64,000 bases of DNA. It comes from an uncultured bacterium. GTDB lineage: Bacteria > Hydrothermota > UBA3073 > NMUJ01 > CBEVQO01. The stretch is from positions 116,122 to 180,121 of the forward strand of contig CBEVQO010000005.1 in assembly GCA_965552055.1 (NCBI GenBank). The letters run 5' to 3'. The position numbers and the translations under genes were made by a program. Below the pieces are notes generated by a model. It saw only the letters and a program-made list of their open reading frames with translations, did no database searches and had not been told where the DNA came from. This document shows, in pieces, positions 30,801 through 40,604 of the stretch (positions are counted from its first letter, which is position 1; each line of letters opens with the position of its first letter).

Positions 30801-32176
30801 GGATACACATGGAAGACCGAAAAAGTGCAACAGAAAAGGCAAAAGACTTGGTAAAAATGGCGGTGGAAAAAGTTCGCTTAGCAGAACCTCTGAAAGAAAT
30901 AGAAGTAGAAGTTAATCCTTCTGCACTTGTGATAGGAGGAGGGCTTGCAGGCATGACATCGGCGTTATCTATTGCTGAGGCAGGATTTCAAGTTTATCTT
31001 GTAGAAAAAGAAAAAGAGTTGGGAGGAAATTTGCGACATATTTACTATTCACTTGAAGGAAAAGATGTGCAGAAATTTTTAAAAGAATTAATCCAAAAAG
31101 TGGAAAATCATCCAAAAATAAAAGTTTATAAAAATGCGAGATTGAAAGATTTTACAGGGTTTATTGGAAATTATGAATCAGAGATTGAATATGATGGCAA
31201 AGTTGAAAGGTTAAAGCATGGAGTGGTGATAGTAGCGATTGGTGCAAAAGATTATAAGCCAAAGGAATATTTATATGGAGAAGACGAAAGGATATTGACT
31301 CAAAAAGAATTTGAAGAAATGTTGGCGAAATCTCCCGAGAAAATTAAAACTGCGAAAGTTATTTGCGTTATACAATGTGTGGGCTCAAGGGATGAGAATC
31401 ATAAATATTGTTCGAGGATTTGTTGTAGTGTTGCTATGAAAAATCTTAGAAAAGCATTCGAAATAAATCCAGAATTGCAGGCGTTTGTATTGTATAAAGA
31501 TATAAGAACATATAGTTTTTATGAAAAATTGTATGATGAGGTGCGGGAAAAAGGGGCAATATTCATAAAATATGAAGATGAAAGAAAACCCGAAGTTTTT
31601 AAAGAGGAAGGTGTTTTAAAAGTGAAATGCTTCGATTATATACTGGGAGATTATTTATTGATAGAGCCGGACTATCTTGTTTTATCTACAGGGATTGAGT
31701 GCAATGAAGATGTGTATTCTTTATCGAAGATGTTAAAAGTGCCTGTGGATGGTGATGGCTTTTTACTTGAGGCACATGTGAAACTTCGACCAGTTGACTT
31801 TGCTACAGATGGTATTTTCCTTTGTGGATTATGTCATTCACCCAAGAATATTAAAGAGACGATTTGTCAGGCGAAAGCAGCAGCTGGCAGAGCATTGACT
31901 ATTTTGACGAAAACAAAATATACTACAGAGCCACAGATAGCCAGGGTAAATGAAGAAATTTGTTCAGGTTGTGGAATATGTGTATCGATTTGTCCTTTTG
32001 ATGCGATAAAACTTATAGAGAAGGAAGAAGATGGCAAAACGATAAGGGTTGCTAAAGTCGAGGATGTATTATGTAAAGGCTGTGGCACATGTGCGGGTGC
32101 CTGTCCTTCGGGTGCATTAGAACAGTCTGGTTTCACAACAGAGCAATTGCTCTGTCAGGTAAATGGGGCGCTCTGA
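27824..32176 (+). CDS. hdrA: Large HdrA-like flavoprotein (HdrL-type) with GltD/NfnB-like insert and duplicated HdrA modules
   Basis: GGGIAG, DKTFPTNDC, CPAG..GRVCPHPCE, GAGPAG, GGGNSAID..YRRS, two QCVGSRD..YCS..CC, VAACTP, C-terminal ferredoxin motifs. Confidence 0.9.
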   Translation: MGKGSVLVVGGGIAGVQSALDLAESGYKVYLLDKKPSIGGTMAQLDKTFPTNDCAMCILAPKLVSAGRHKNIELLTYCEIEEIKGKQGDFNVKIRKKSRFIDLSKCTGCAECERVCPIERVSEFDEGLSCRKAIYRLFPQAVPNAFTIEKEGISACKSACPAGVNVHGYVALISQGKFKEAIQLIRERLPFPGVCGRVCPHPCESECKRKDVDEPIAIAGLKRFVADWERKNPVEEEFEKKKRDKRIAVIGAGPAGLTCAYFLAKEGFDVTVFEKEEKPGGLMRYGIPDFRLPKDVLDYEIERIKKAGVEIKCGVEVGKDIEFSQILKEYDAVFVAIGATKEQKLGIKGEDLEGVIYCLSFLKDVNSGKEVKIGKKVAVIGGGNSAIDAARTAWRLGADVTLFYRRSRAEMPANPWEVEEAEEEGIKFEFLTAPVEILGEQGKVKKLKLIRMKLGEPDESGRRRPVPIPGSEFEIEVDTVIPAIGQKVSLDFLREEDLKNPKVFTGGDFVTGPATVIEAVAAGVEAAEAIKNFLEGKILERKKEKEEKIAEPKIPEDIQRMKRKEMRKLPVEQRRNFKEVELGFTEEEAIEEAKRCLSCAICSECKECVKVCEAEAIDHFMEDEIIELKVGAIIFTHGADRFDAKLRSEYGFGRYKNVITSIQFERLLAPTGPTQGQILRPSDNCHPRKIAFIQCVGSRDKQKGAPYCSAVCCMYAIKEAIIALEHQKDLDITIFYMDIRAYGKGFERYYLEAKEKGIKFVKCRVARIEEVENNDLVIIYEDEEGNLKSEKFNMVILSVGLRPSEELKEFAEKFDIKLNEYGFFAVEEFDPVKVAEGIYTAGIAQSPKDIPETVAEASSAASEVHEILKHERWKETEKIEYPPERDVSKEPVRIGVFVCHCGINIAGYLDVKEVVEYAKTLKDVVYVEDNLYTCSQDTQQKIIQKIKEYNLNRIVVAACTPRTHEPLFRETLRQAGLNPYLFEMANIRDQCSWIHMEDRKSATEKAKDLVKMAVEKVRLAEPLKEIEVEVNPSALVIGGGLAGMTSALSIAEAGFQVYLVEKEKELGGNLRHIYYSLEGKDVQKFLKELIQKVENHPKIKVYKNARLKDFTGFIGNYESEIEYDGKVERLKHGVVIVAIGAKDYKPKEYLYGEDERILTQKEFEEMLAKSPEKIKTAKVICVIQCVGSRDENHKYCSRICCSVAMKNLRKAFEINPELQAFVLYKDIRTYSFYEKLYDEVREKGAIFIKYEDERKPEVFKEEGVLKVKCFDYILGDYLLIEPDYLVLSTGIECNEDVYSLSKMLKVPVDGDGFLLEAHVKLRPVDFATDGIFLCGLCHSPKNIKETICQAKAAAGRALTILTKTKYTTEPQIARVNEEICSGCGICVSICPFDAIKLIEKEEDGKTIRVAKVEDVLCKGCGTCAGACPSGALEQSGFTTEQLLCQVNGAL

Positions 32177-32555
32177 TAGGTTAAAAATAATTGTGTTTTG
32201 TTGTAACTGGTGCTCTTATGCGGGTGCGGACTTAGCGGGTGTATCCCGTCTTCAAATGCCATCGGACTTTAGAATAATAAGAACTATGTGCTCCGGAAGA
32301 GTTGACCCCGAAGTAATACTCTGGGCGTTTAAACAGGGTGCAGATGGCGTTATGATAACAGGATGCCACCCGGGTGATTGCCATTATCTTACAGGTAATT
32401 ACAAAACATTAAAAAGAGTAAAGCTATTGAAGAAAGTACTCGAACAATTTGGTATAAATCCAGAGAGATTGGAATTGCAATGGATTTCTGCTTCCGAAGG
32501 ACAAAAATTTAAGGAAGTTATAGAGAAATTTGTAGAAAAGATAAAGAAGTTATGA
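32163..32555 (+). CDS. mvhD: MvhD [2Fe-2S] subunit
   Basis: FCCNWCSYAGAD, MCSGRVDP, GCHPGDCHY, WISASEG. Confidence 0.95.
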   Translation: MGRSDRLKIIVFCCNWCSYAGADLAGVSRLQMPSDFRIIRTMCSGRVDPEVILWAFKQGADGVMITGCHPGDCHYLTGNYKTLKRVKLLKKVLEQFGINPERLELQWISASEGQKFKEVIEKFVEKIKKL

Positions 32556-33004
32556 AGCTGTTTGTAGGAATAGGTAATGAAATAATGGGAGATGACCAGA
32601 TTGGCATTGCTGTTACCAGAAAATTGTATGAAAGATTTAAAGATAAAAAGGGAGTTTGCTTTATCACAGGTAGCTTTAACGGTATGAAGTTGTTTGATGT
32701 CATAAAGGATGCAGATGAGGTTGTGATAATCGACAGTATCGTTGGAGAAGAAGAAGGCAAATTACATAAGCTCGATATAGACGAAGTTGATAGAATAAAG
32801 ACGATTCATCCACATTCGCTCGGTATAGCGTTGCCTGTGAAATTATCACAAAAATATTTTGGAAAACCTGTATCCGTAAAAATATATGCTATTGAAGTGA
32901 AGGAGGAGAACCTAAAGTTTTCTGAAAATATTTCGTTTTATCTTAAGGCAAAAATAGAAAAAATTGCAGATATTATTGCAAAGAACGAATTATCAAATGA
33001 TTGA
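32552..33004 (+). CDS. Hydrogenase maturation protease (HyaD/HycI family)
   Basis: GIGNEIMGDDQIG, VVIIDS, HPHS. Confidence 0.9.
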   Translation: MKLFVGIGNEIMGDDQIGIAVTRKLYERFKDKKGVCFITGSFNGMKLFDVIKDADEVVIIDSIVGEEEGKLHKLDIDEVDRIKTIHPHSLGIALPVKLSQKYFGKPVSVKIYAIEVKEENLKFSENISFYLKAKIEKIADIIAKNELSND

Positions 33005-33461
33005 GGTCAGGAAGAAAGATTTGAATTTTAAATTTGAAGTTTTAAGGGAAAAAGGAGGTGATGCTCTCTTACGCTGTTTTGCCTGTGGTACATGCACCGT
33101 TAGCTGTCCTGTTCGCGCCGTTGACGAACGCTATAATCCACGAAAAATAATAAGGATGACAATTCTTGGAATGAAAGAAGAAGTTTTGAAAAATGAATTC
33201 ATATGGCTTTGTGCGGGTTGTTATTCATGTTATGAAAGATGTCCGCAAGATGTAAGATTAACCGATATAATGACAGCACTTAGAAATATCGCAGTAAGAG
33301 AAGGATATATTCCTGAAGGAGTAAAATTGCAAATTGAAAATTTAAAGAAATTTGGAAGACTTTATGAAATTGACGATTTTATAGCGAGAAAAAGGGAAAA
33401 AGCGAATTTGCCACAAGTTGAAAGAGAAATTGTGGATATTAAGAAAATATTAGAAAGATGA
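32997..33461 (+). CDS. hdrC: Heterodisulfide reductase subunit C
   Basis: CFACGTCTVSCP and WLCAGCYSCYERCPQ. Confidence 0.92.
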   Translation: MIEVRKKDLNFKFEVLREKGGDALLRCFACGTCTVSCPVRAVDERYNPRKIIRMTILGMKEEVLKNEFIWLCAGCYSCYERCPQDVRLTDIMTALRNIAVREGYIPEGVKLQIENLKKFGRLYEIDDFIARKREKANLPQVEREIVDIKKILER

Positions 33462-34333
33462 AAGGAGCTTTATTTCTTGGTTGTACGATACCTGTAAGAG
33501 CTCAGCATTATGAAGTATCTGCGAGAGAAGTAGCAAAGCATTTAGGGATAGAGCTCATTGATATACCTCACTTTGGTTGTTGCGGCTTTCCTGTGAAGTC
33601 GGTTGATCATAAAAAATATTTGATTATGGCTGCAAGAAATCTTGCACTTGCCGAAAAAGAAGGTCTTGATATATGGGCACTTTGTTCCGCATGCTATGGT
33701 TCATTATCAGAAGCAAACCATTTGCTCAAAGAAAATGAAGAAATGAAAAAAGAAGTGAATCAAGTTTTAAAAGAGTTTGGCTTAAAATACGAAGGAAAAG
33801 TTGAAGTTAAACATTTTATAAGAGTACTTTACGAGGATTACGGGCTTTCGAATTTGCGTTTGAAAGTGAGAAAAAGTTTAGAAGGATTAAATTTTGCACC
33901 ACATTATGGCTGTCATTACCTGAGACCTTCAAAAATTCATAAAACAGGGGAAGATGTTGAATTTCCGAAATCTCTTGATGAACTTATCGAGATAACAGGT
34001 GCTAAATCTCTTTCTTATTATAACAAGTTAAACTGTTGCGGGGGAGCGGTGCTTGCAATTGATGAGGAACTTGCTTTGAGAATAGCAAATGAAAAGCTAA
34101 AAGAAGTTGCAAAATCAGGAGCAGATGCGATTATTCTGATATGTCCTTTTTGTGATATCATGTATGAACAAAATCAGAGAAGGATAAATTCAAAATTGGG
34201 TGAGAATTACAAAATACCTGTTTTGTTTTACACACAGATACTTGGGTTAGCACTTGGGATACCTGTAGAAAAACTTGGTTTTGAATTTAACAGAATAAAG
34301 CCAAAAGATATTTTATCTTTTTTGGGAAAATAA
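33458..34333 (+). CDS. hdrB: Heterodisulfide reductase subunit B
   Basis: Two CCG domains (GCCG..CSAC; HYGCH..CCGG..CPFC). Confidence 0.92.
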   Translation: MKGALFLGCTIPVRAQHYEVSAREVAKHLGIELIDIPHFGCCGFPVKSVDHKKYLIMAARNLALAEKEGLDIWALCSACYGSLSEANHLLKENEEMKKEVNQVLKEFGLKYEGKVEVKHFIRVLYEDYGLSNLRLKVRKSLEGLNFAPHYGCHYLRPSKIHKTGEDVEFPKSLDELIEITGAKSLSYYNKLNCCGGAVLAIDEELALRIANEKLKEVAKSGADAIILICPFCDIMYEQNQRRINSKLGENYKIPVLFYTQILGLALGIPVEKLGFEFNRIKPKDILSFLGK

Positions 34334-34337
34334 TCTT

Positions 34338-34799
34338 TCATAGTCCAAGGATTATTTCGATTAATTTGCGTGAGATTTCTTTTCCAAGAAGCTGTATTCC
34401 TCGCTCCTCTGTTTCAGTAGAAGGATACTTAATCCAGATGATAAAATCTTTATTCAGTATTTCTCTCTGTTTGCTATCCACTAAGATTATTTTTATTTTG
34501 CATGTTAATTTGTATTCTTTTATATTTCCCTGCTCATCGTATGTGAAAGGTATTCTTTCGTAATTTAGGATTTCTCCTTCAATTATTATCTGTGCATTTT
34601 TGCGTGAAGTAAGAGTGAAGCGTGGGTCAGATGAAAAAGCAGAAGAAATGGTGTTGTAAAAAACATCTTCAAGACCCGATTTTACCGTCATATTTTTGAA
34701 AACAGTCAAAGTAACTTTGCTGTATTTTACTTTCTCAAAACCTGTAAAAGAATAAACACATCCGCCAAAAATTAAAAATGTAAAATAAATTAAACGCAT
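34338..34799 (-). CDS. lptE: LptE-like lipoprotein
   Basis: Lipobox GGC followed by YSF, F.N.T...GLE pattern. Confidence 0.7.
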   Translation of the reverse strand: MRLIYFTFLIFGGCVYSFTGFEKVKYSKVTLTVFKNMTVKSGLEDVFYNTISSAFSSDPRFTLTSRKNAQIIIEGEILNYERIPFTYDEQGNIKEYKLTCKIKIILVDSKQREILNKDFIIWIKYPSTETEERGIQLLGKEISRKLIEIILGL

Positions 34800-35482
34800 T
34801 TCTTCATTTTAACGGCTAAATGAGTGCCATAGAAAGAATTGCCAAAAATAGCGGATAAATAAAAAAGAGGAAAAAATAAACGCAAAAGGAAATTTCCAAG
34901 TAATTTATATCTAAAAAATTGAAAATCATAACCAAGTGCACAAATTCTGTTTATAAAATATTTTACTTTTATGATTTTGAAATCCTTAAAAATAGAATAA
35001 ATTTCAGAGATGCAAAAACCTTTTTTCTTATGACCGAAATTTTTCAGGATTTTTTCTTCTTTTAAGCAAAAGTTTTTTAAAAAATTATAAAAAGGTAATC
35101 GCCAGTATTTTGAAGGGCAAATTATCAAAAGAAAGCCATCTTTTTTGAGTACTCTCTTTATCTCGGATGCAACTTTTTGGATATCATCAACATGTTCAAG
35201 AATAGCCGAAGCAATTACCTGCTGAAATACATTATCTTTGAAAGGCAGATTTTTAACATCACCCCTTACATAATGAAAATTTTGTGGCTTAAAATGAATT
35301 TTTGGAACTAAATCTATTCCTATTTTCTTACAACTGATAAATTTCGAAGCAGTTGCCCATTCACCACAACCAAGGTCAAGAGTGAATAAGTTTTTCTCAA
35401 TTAATTTTTTCAATATAAATTTATGTTCCCAATAGGAAGTCCATGGTAGGTTGTGCCACAAATATTTTAAAAAGCGCTTCAT
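34790..35482 (-). CDS. Class I SAM-dependent methyltransferase
   Basis: LDLGCG, GD..NLPF.D..F, LEHV, RVLK.DG. Confidence 0.88.
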   Translation of the reverse strand: MKRFLKYLWHNLPWTSYWEHKFILKKLIEKNLFTLDLGCGEWATASKFISCKKIGIDLVPKIHFKPQNFHYVRGDVKNLPFKDNVFQQVIASAILEHVDDIQKVASEIKRVLKKDGFLLIICPSKYWRLPFYNFLKNFCLKEEKILKNFGHKKKGFCISEIYSIFKDFKIIKVKYFINRICALGYDFQFFRYKLLGNFLLRLFFPLFYLSAIFGNSFYGTHLAVKMKKCV

Positions 35483-35487
35483 CATAA

Positions 35488-35543
35488 ATTAAAATTGAAA
35501 TACTAAAATGTCAAGCTTGACATTTACAAAATTTATTTATAAT
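35488..35543. promoter_or_regulatory. Back-to-back divergent N15 promoters sharing the palindrome TGTCAAGCTTGACA
   Basis: Minus strand TTGACA-N15-TTTAAT and plus strand TTGACA-N15-TATAAT, 5 and 7 nt from their ATGs. Confidence 0.75.
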
Positions 35544-35550
35544 TTTTGAA

Positions 35551-36756
35551 ATGAATGAAATACTTACATTATTAAAAGAGGTTTCGCAAAAGACGGATAC
35601 GAAGATATTGCTACTTGTGATAGATGGAGTAGGTGGCTTACCTGTTTCTGGCAAAACCGAGTTAGAAGCAGCCAATACGCCGAATCTCGATGAACTCGCA
35701 AAGAAAAGCGCACTCGGACTGACAGACCCTGTATTTCCCGGTATAACCCCTGGTAGTGGACCCGGGCATCTATCACTTTTTGGCTATGACCCGATAAAAT
35801 GGAATATCGGAAGAGGGGTGCTCGAAGCACTTGGAGTTGGGCTTACTCTTTCTAAAAAGGATATAGCCATAAGGGGAAACTTTGCTACAATCGAAAATGG
35901 AGTCATTACAGATAGAAGAGCAGGAAGAATTCCCACAGAAGAAAATAAAAAAATTTGTCAGAGGTTAGCGGAAAATATAAAAAAGATTGAAGATGTTGAA
36001 ATACTGATAACTCCCGGAAAAGAGCACAGATTTGTGCTGGTATTACGGGGAGAGAATTTAGGTGATAAAGTTTGCGATACCGACCCGCAACAGACAGGAA
36101 AACCACCAATAGAGCCAAAAGCAATAGAAGAAGATGAAGGTTCTAAAAAAACCGCTAAAATTTTGAAAAAATTCGTAGAAGAAGCAACGAAATATCTGGA
36201 AAAGCCGGCAAATTATATTTTATTAAGAGGAATTTCAAAACCGCCAGATATTCCACCGATGCAGGAAGTTTATAAAATAAAACCATGTGCGATAGCAACC
36301 TATCCGATGTATAAAGGAATAGCAAAACTTGTGGGAATGGATGTAGTGGAATGCGGGACCACACTTGAAGAACAGGTAAAAGCTTTAAAAGAAAATTGGG
36401 ATAAATATGACTTTTTCTATTTTCATGTAAAGAAAACAGATTCAATGGGTGAAGATGGTAATTTTGAGGGTAAAGTTAAACTTATTGAAGAGGTTGATAA
36501 AATAATCCCTGATTTACTTTCTTTGAATCCCGATGTTTTTGTGATAACGGGTGACCATTCTACTCCTTGCGTTCTTAAGTCTCATTCATGGCATCCGAAT
36601 CCTTTTTTGCTTTATTCAAAATATGTGATACCTGATGATGGTAAAAGATTTACAGAGAGAGAATGTGCGAAAGGTATTCTTGGTAGATTTCCTGCACTTT
36701 ATGCAATGTCCTTAATGCTTGCCAATGCTTTAAAGTTGAAAAAATACGGTGCTTAG
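35551..36756 (+). CDS. apgM: 2,3-bisphosphoglycerate-independent phosphoglycerate mutase (ApgM type)
   Basis: DGVGG, TELEAA.TPNLD, PGSGPGHLSLFGYDP, DRRAGRI, TGDHSTP. Confidence 0.93.
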   Translation: MNEILTLLKEVSQKTDTKILLLVIDGVGGLPVSGKTELEAANTPNLDELAKKSALGLTDPVFPGITPGSGPGHLSLFGYDPIKWNIGRGVLEALGVGLTLSKKDIAIRGNFATIENGVITDRRAGRIPTEENKKICQRLAENIKKIEDVEILITPGKEHRFVLVLRGENLGDKVCDTDPQQTGKPPIEPKAIEEDEGSKKTAKILKKFVEEATKYLEKPANYILLRGISKPPDIPPMQEVYKIKPCAIATYPMYKGIAKLVGMDVVECGTTLEEQVKALKENWDKYDFFYFHVKKTDSMGEDGNFEGKVKLIEEVDKIIPDLLSLNPDVFVITGDHSTPCVLKSHSWHPNPFLLYSKYVIPDDGKRFTERECAKGILGRFPALYAMSLMLANALKLKKYGA

Positions 36757-37536
36757 TTATTCTCGTTCAGGATAAAGCACGATAATTAAATCTTTTCCAC
36801 CCGGACCTTTTTCTTTTAAAGGTTCGCCTTTTTCATCGAATCCCAAGATACCGTAAGATATGGCGTAATTCTTGCCTCTTGGTGCATAGTATCCATAAGC
36901 GAGATAACCTGGTTTTCCGCGCATTTGACCATTTATGCCTTTGGGGTCCCTATCTTCGCAATCTGCTTCACGGAAATAGGTGAAAAGTTTAATTCCGCAT
37001 TTCACATAAGTTTCGCCTTTTTTCAATACATATCCTTTTGTTCGAATGATTTTTCTTGGATAAACTTCGCCTTTTTTCAATACATATCCCGCAGTAAAAG
37101 TATCGGCTTTGATTACGAGTGAGTCCCCAACCTTTTCCTGTCTGAATTTTATGTAAACATCGCCTTCTTTTAAAGTATCGCCTTCCTTTAAGAATTCTAT
37201 CTGGACGAGGGTATCGCCTTCTCCTAGAGTATCCCCTTCTTTCAGCACAGTATATTTTGGTAGCGGTTTTCCCGTGTATGGATTTACCGGGTATTCGAAG
37301 AATTCTTCGATTTGCTGAATGGATGTTGGATATTTCCCATCGTGGAATGCTGCATACTGTTCGACAGCGGCTTTTAGTTTATACATGTTCAGTTTCACCT
37401 CGTATCTTTTATTTTGCAGTTCATACTGTTTGTACTGTGGGATTGCGAGTATGAGTATTACGCAGACCGCGGCTACACCAATTCCAATATCCAGAGCAAT
37501 TAAAGCCTTTCTACTAATTTTGCCCCCCTTCTTCAA
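36757..37536 (-). CDS. Pilin/pseudopilin-like protein with internal KEGDT(L)/GYVLKKGE repeats
   Basis: Basic leader, hydrophobic helix ending AIPQY, VK.NM..L..AVE.Y....DG.YP and NPYTG as in GspG-like proteins. Confidence 0.65.
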   Translation of the reverse strand: MKKGGKISRKALIALDIGIGVAAVCVILILAIPQYKQYELQNKRYEVKLNMYKLKAAVEQYAAFHDGKYPTSIQQIEEFFEYPVNPYTGKPLPKYTVLKEGDTLGEGDTLVQIEFLKEGDTLKEGDVYIKFRQEKVGDSLVIKADTFTAGYVLKKGEVYPRKIIRTKGYVLKKGETYVKCGIKLFTYFREADCEDRDPKGINGQMRGKPGYLAYGYYAPRGKNYAISYGILGFDEKGEPLKEKGPGGKDLIIVLYPERE

Positions 37537-37975
37537 ATTTTACAACTTCAATTCCTGCTTCTTTTAGAATCTCTTTTGCAAATTCATCGGGATAACCTTC
37601 CTTATAAACTATTTTTTTAATTCCTGCGTTTATCAACATTTTTGCGCATGTAAAACATGGATGATGCGTTATGTAAATTGTTGCGCCATTTAAATTTGCG
37701 CCCAATTTTGCTGCCTGAATTATTACATTTTGTTCTGCATGTACTCCCCTGCAGAGTTCCTGTCTTTCACCTGCAGGTATTTTTAATTTTTCGCGTAAAC
37801 AGCCGATTTCTTCGCAATGTTTTAAATTTTCGGGTGCCCCATTATAACCTGTTGCAATTATTCTTTTATCTTTCACGGCTACTGCTCCCACTTTTCTTCG
37901 TAAACAGGTCGAACGAGTAGCAACGAGTTGCGCGATTTCCATAAAATAAGCATCCCATGACAAACGCTTACTCAT
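37514..37975 (-). CDS. dCMP/cytidine deaminase family protein
   Basis: [26 protein letters not shown]. Confidence 0.92.
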   Translation of the reverse strand: MSKRLSWDAYFMEIAQLVATRSTCLRRKVGAVAVKDKRIIATGYNGAPENLKHCEEIGCLREKLKIPAGERQELCRGVHAEQNVIIQAAKLGANLNGATIYITHHPCFTCAKMLINAGIKKIVYKEGYPDEFAKEILKEAGIEVVKFEEGGQN

Positions 37976-39228
37976 TCATATTCCTCCAAGACATCGTCAT
38001 ATAAAGGAAATTGTGAACATAATTCCTTTACTTCTTCTCTTACTTTTTCAATCGTCTTTTCGTCATCGATATTCGATAAAACTTTATCTATTAATTCTGC
38101 TATTTTTTTCATTTCTTCCTCTTTCATACCTCTTGTTGTAACAGCAGGGGTTCCCAGTCGTATTCCGCTTGGGTCAAAAGGTTTTCTTGGGTCAAATGGG
38201 ATTGTATTTTTGTTAACCGTAATACCCGCACGCTCAAGCGCTTCTTCTGCTTGTTTCCCAGTAATTCCTTTGTTTCTTAAATCAACGAGCATCAGATGGT
38301 TATCGGTTCCTCCCGATACTAACCTATATCCTCTTTTCATAAGTTCTTCTGCGAGTGTTTTTGCATTTTTAACGATTTGTTTTTGATATTCTTTAAATTC
38401 TTCGGTCATTGCTTCTTTAAAGCAAACAGCTTTTGCTGCAATTATATGCATATGGGGTCCGCCTTGAAGCCCTGGAAACACCCATTTATCCACAGCTTTT
38501 GCGTGTTCTTCTTTGCACATTATTATCGCGCTTCGAGGTCCTCTTAGGGTTTTGTGAGTAGTAGTAGTTACAACATCTGCATAAGGTACAGGTGAAGGAT
38601 GCAAACCTGCTACAACGAGTCCTGCTATATGCGCAATGTCTGCAACATGATAAGCACCTACATCATCGCAAATTTCTTTAAATTTATCAAAATGGATGAT
38701 GCGGGGATATGCACTTGCACCCGATACTATTATCTTTGGTTTATGTTCTTTTGCTAATCTCCAGATTTCGTCATAATTGAGCATTTCGGTTTCTGGGTCA
38801 ACTGTATAGTGGACTGCATTGAACCATATTCCGGAGAAACTTACTTTATGTCCGTGTGACAAATGTCCGCCGTGAGCCAGTGCCATACCCATTATTGTAT
38901 CGCCTGGTTTTGCGAGTGCAGCATAAGCAGCCATATTCGCAGGCACTCCAGATAAAGGTTGTACATTAACATGGTCACAGCCAAATAATTTTTTCGCTCG
39001 CTCAATAGCAAGGCGCTCAACTTCATCAACCCATTTACATCCACCATAATATCTTTTTCCGGGATAACCTTCAGCATATTTATTTGTCATAACACAGCCC
39101 ATTGCTTCAAGAACTGCTTTTGAAGTAAAATTTTCGGATGGAATTAATTCAAGAGTGTTTCTCTGTCTCCCTATTTCTCCTTTTATTGCCTCATACACCT
39201 CTGGGTCGACTTCTTTTAACTTAAGCAT
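37972..39228 (-). CDS. glyA: Serine hydroxymethyltransferase
   Basis: [32 protein letters not shown]. Confidence 0.97.
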   Translation of the reverse strand: MLKLKEVDPEVYEAIKGEIGRQRNTLELIPSENFTSKAVLEAMGCVMTNKYAEGYPGKRYYGGCKWVDEVERLAIERAKKLFGCDHVNVQPLSGVPANMAAYAALAKPGDTIMGMALAHGGHLSHGHKVSFSGIWFNAVHYTVDPETEMLNYDEIWRLAKEHKPKIIVSGASAYPRIIHFDKFKEICDDVGAYHVADIAHIAGLVVAGLHPSPVPYADVVTTTTHKTLRGPRSAIIMCKEEHAKAVDKWVFPGLQGGPHMHIIAAKAVCFKEAMTEEFKEYQKQIVKNAKTLAEELMKRGYRLVSGGTDNHLMLVDLRNKGITGKQAEEALERAGITVNKNTIPFDPRKPFDPSGIRLGTPAVTTRGMKEEEMKKIAELIDKVLSNIDDEKTIEKVREEVKELCSQFPLYDDVLEEYE

Positions 39229-39676
39229 AATTCCCTCCGGATGATTTTTCTATTTCTTTTATTTTGTTAAATCTTCTCTCATGTCTTCCGCCTTCAAATT
39301 CTGTTTTTAAAAATATTTCTACCATTTTTTTAGCTTTCTCAGCATCAATAAAATCTGCTGGTAATGCGATTATATTTGCGTTGTTATGCTGGCGTGCTCT
39401 TTTGGCAAGTTCTTCATCCCAGCATAGTGCGCAATATGCACCTTTTACTTTATTTGCCGTTATCGACATACCGATACCAGAGCCACATATTAAAATGCCT
39501 TTATGCGCTTCACCCTTTGCCACGATTTCCGCTACTTTTTTGCCAAAATCAGGATAATCACAGGAAGCAGTAGAATTAGTTCCACAATCTATTATTTCAT
39601 GCTCTTTCTCTAAATATTTCTTTAGTTCCTCTTTTAATTTATAACCTCTGTGGTCTGCACCCATTACTATTTTCAT
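39221..39676 (-). CDS. rpiB: Ribose-5-phosphate isomerase B
   Basis: GADHRG, DYPD, CGSGIG, HNNAN, FEGGRH. Confidence 0.95.
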   Translation of the reverse strand: MKIVMGADHRGYKLKEELKKYLEKEHEIIDCGTNSTASCDYPDFGKKVAEIVAKGEAHKGILICGSGIGMSITANKVKGAYCALCWDEELAKRARQHNNANIIALPADFIDAEKAKKMVEIFLKTEFEGGRHERRFNKIKEIEKSSGGNYA

Positions 39677-39681
39677 CTTAA

Positions 39682-39743
39682 ATTTTAAACAAAATACAAA
39701 AGTGTCAAGAAAAATATTGACAATCTTAAGAAATTTGTATCAT
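39682..39743. promoter_or_regulatory. Divergent N15 promoters for rpiB (TTGACA-N15-TAAAAT) and wzm (TTGACA-N15-TATCAT)
   Basis: tgtcaa at 39703-39708 and ttgaca at 39717-39722, with starts 5 and 6 nt after the -10 boxes. Confidence 0.7.
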
Positions 39744-39749
39744 ATTGTA

Positions 39750-40571
39750 GTGAAGAGAGAAATCATAATAAAACCCAGTCGTGGTATAAACTGGCGTGCT
39801 CTGAAAGAGATAAAGCACTATAAAGATTTGCTTTTCTTTTTCATCTGGAAAGAGTTTAAAGTTCGTTATAAGCAAACTTTACTTGGTGTTGCATGGGCTA
39901 TTTTGCGTCCTGTTATTCAAATGTTAATATTCACTTTAATTTTCCACAAATTTGCGAAAATACCTTCTGAAGGGATACCTTATCCTGTTTATGCTTATTG
40001 CGGGTTATTACCATGGCAGCTTTTTTCTCTGGGACTTGGTAGGGCAAGCGAAAGTGTGGTGGGCAATGCTTCTATAATAACAAAAGTTTACTTCCCAAGA
40101 ATTATTCTGCCTCTATCTTATACTCTGGGCGGGCTTATTGATTTTGGGCTTCAGTTTTTTGTTTTGATAATTTTAATGTTGATATTTGGAATAAAAATAG
40201 GTTTGAGTATTCTTTTCATTCCTTTTTTCATAATTCTTGCTTTATTGTCTTCTCTGAGTGTTGGGATTTTATTTTCTGCTCTAAATGTTAAATTCAGGGA
40301 TATTCGTCATCTGATGCCGTTTTTGACTCAAGTATGGTTTTTTGCCACACCTATAGTTTATTCACATGAAATAATTCCAGAAAAATTCAGGTTAATTATG
40401 AGGATAAATCCAATGACAGGGGTAGTTGAAGGTTTCAGATGGTCGCTATTAAACAAAGGCAGTGTAGATTTTCAAGCGATTTTATTTTCGGTTATAATAG
40501 TTTCTTTTCTGATATTCGTAGGTTTACTTTATTTTTCGAAGGTAGAGCGAGAATTTGCAGATATAGTATAA
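39750..40571 (+). CDS. wzm: Polysaccharide ABC exporter permease
   Basis: KVRYKQT.LG..W, KVYFPR, TPIVY, NPM. GTG 39750 chosen as start from promoter position. Confidence 0.92.
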   Translation: MKREIIIKPSRGINWRALKEIKHYKDLLFFFIWKEFKVRYKQTLLGVAWAILRPVIQMLIFTLIFHKFAKIPSEGIPYPVYAYCGLLPWQLFSLGLGRASESVVGNASIITKVYFPRIILPLSYTLGGLIDFGLQFFVLIILMLIFGIKIGLSILFIPFFIILALLSSLSVGILFSALNVKFRDIRHLMPFLTQVWFFATPIVYSHEIIPEKFRLIMRINPMTGVVEGFRWSLLNKGSVDFQAILFSVIIVSFLIFVGLLYFSKVEREFADIV

Positions 40572-40572
40572 C

Positions 40573-40599
40573 TTGACAATTTTAAAATATGAATAAAAT
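40573..40599 (+). promoter_or_regulatory. Promoter TTGACA-N15-TAAAAT, 5 nt upstream of the wzt ATG
   Basis: ttgaca attttaaaatatgaa taaaat. Confidence 0.7.
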
Positions 40600-40604
40600 A
40601 AGAG

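Noticed and set aside
27824..32555. Selenocysteine recoding in hdrA or mvhD
   Set aside because: Both frames are open with Cys codons and no in-frame TGA.
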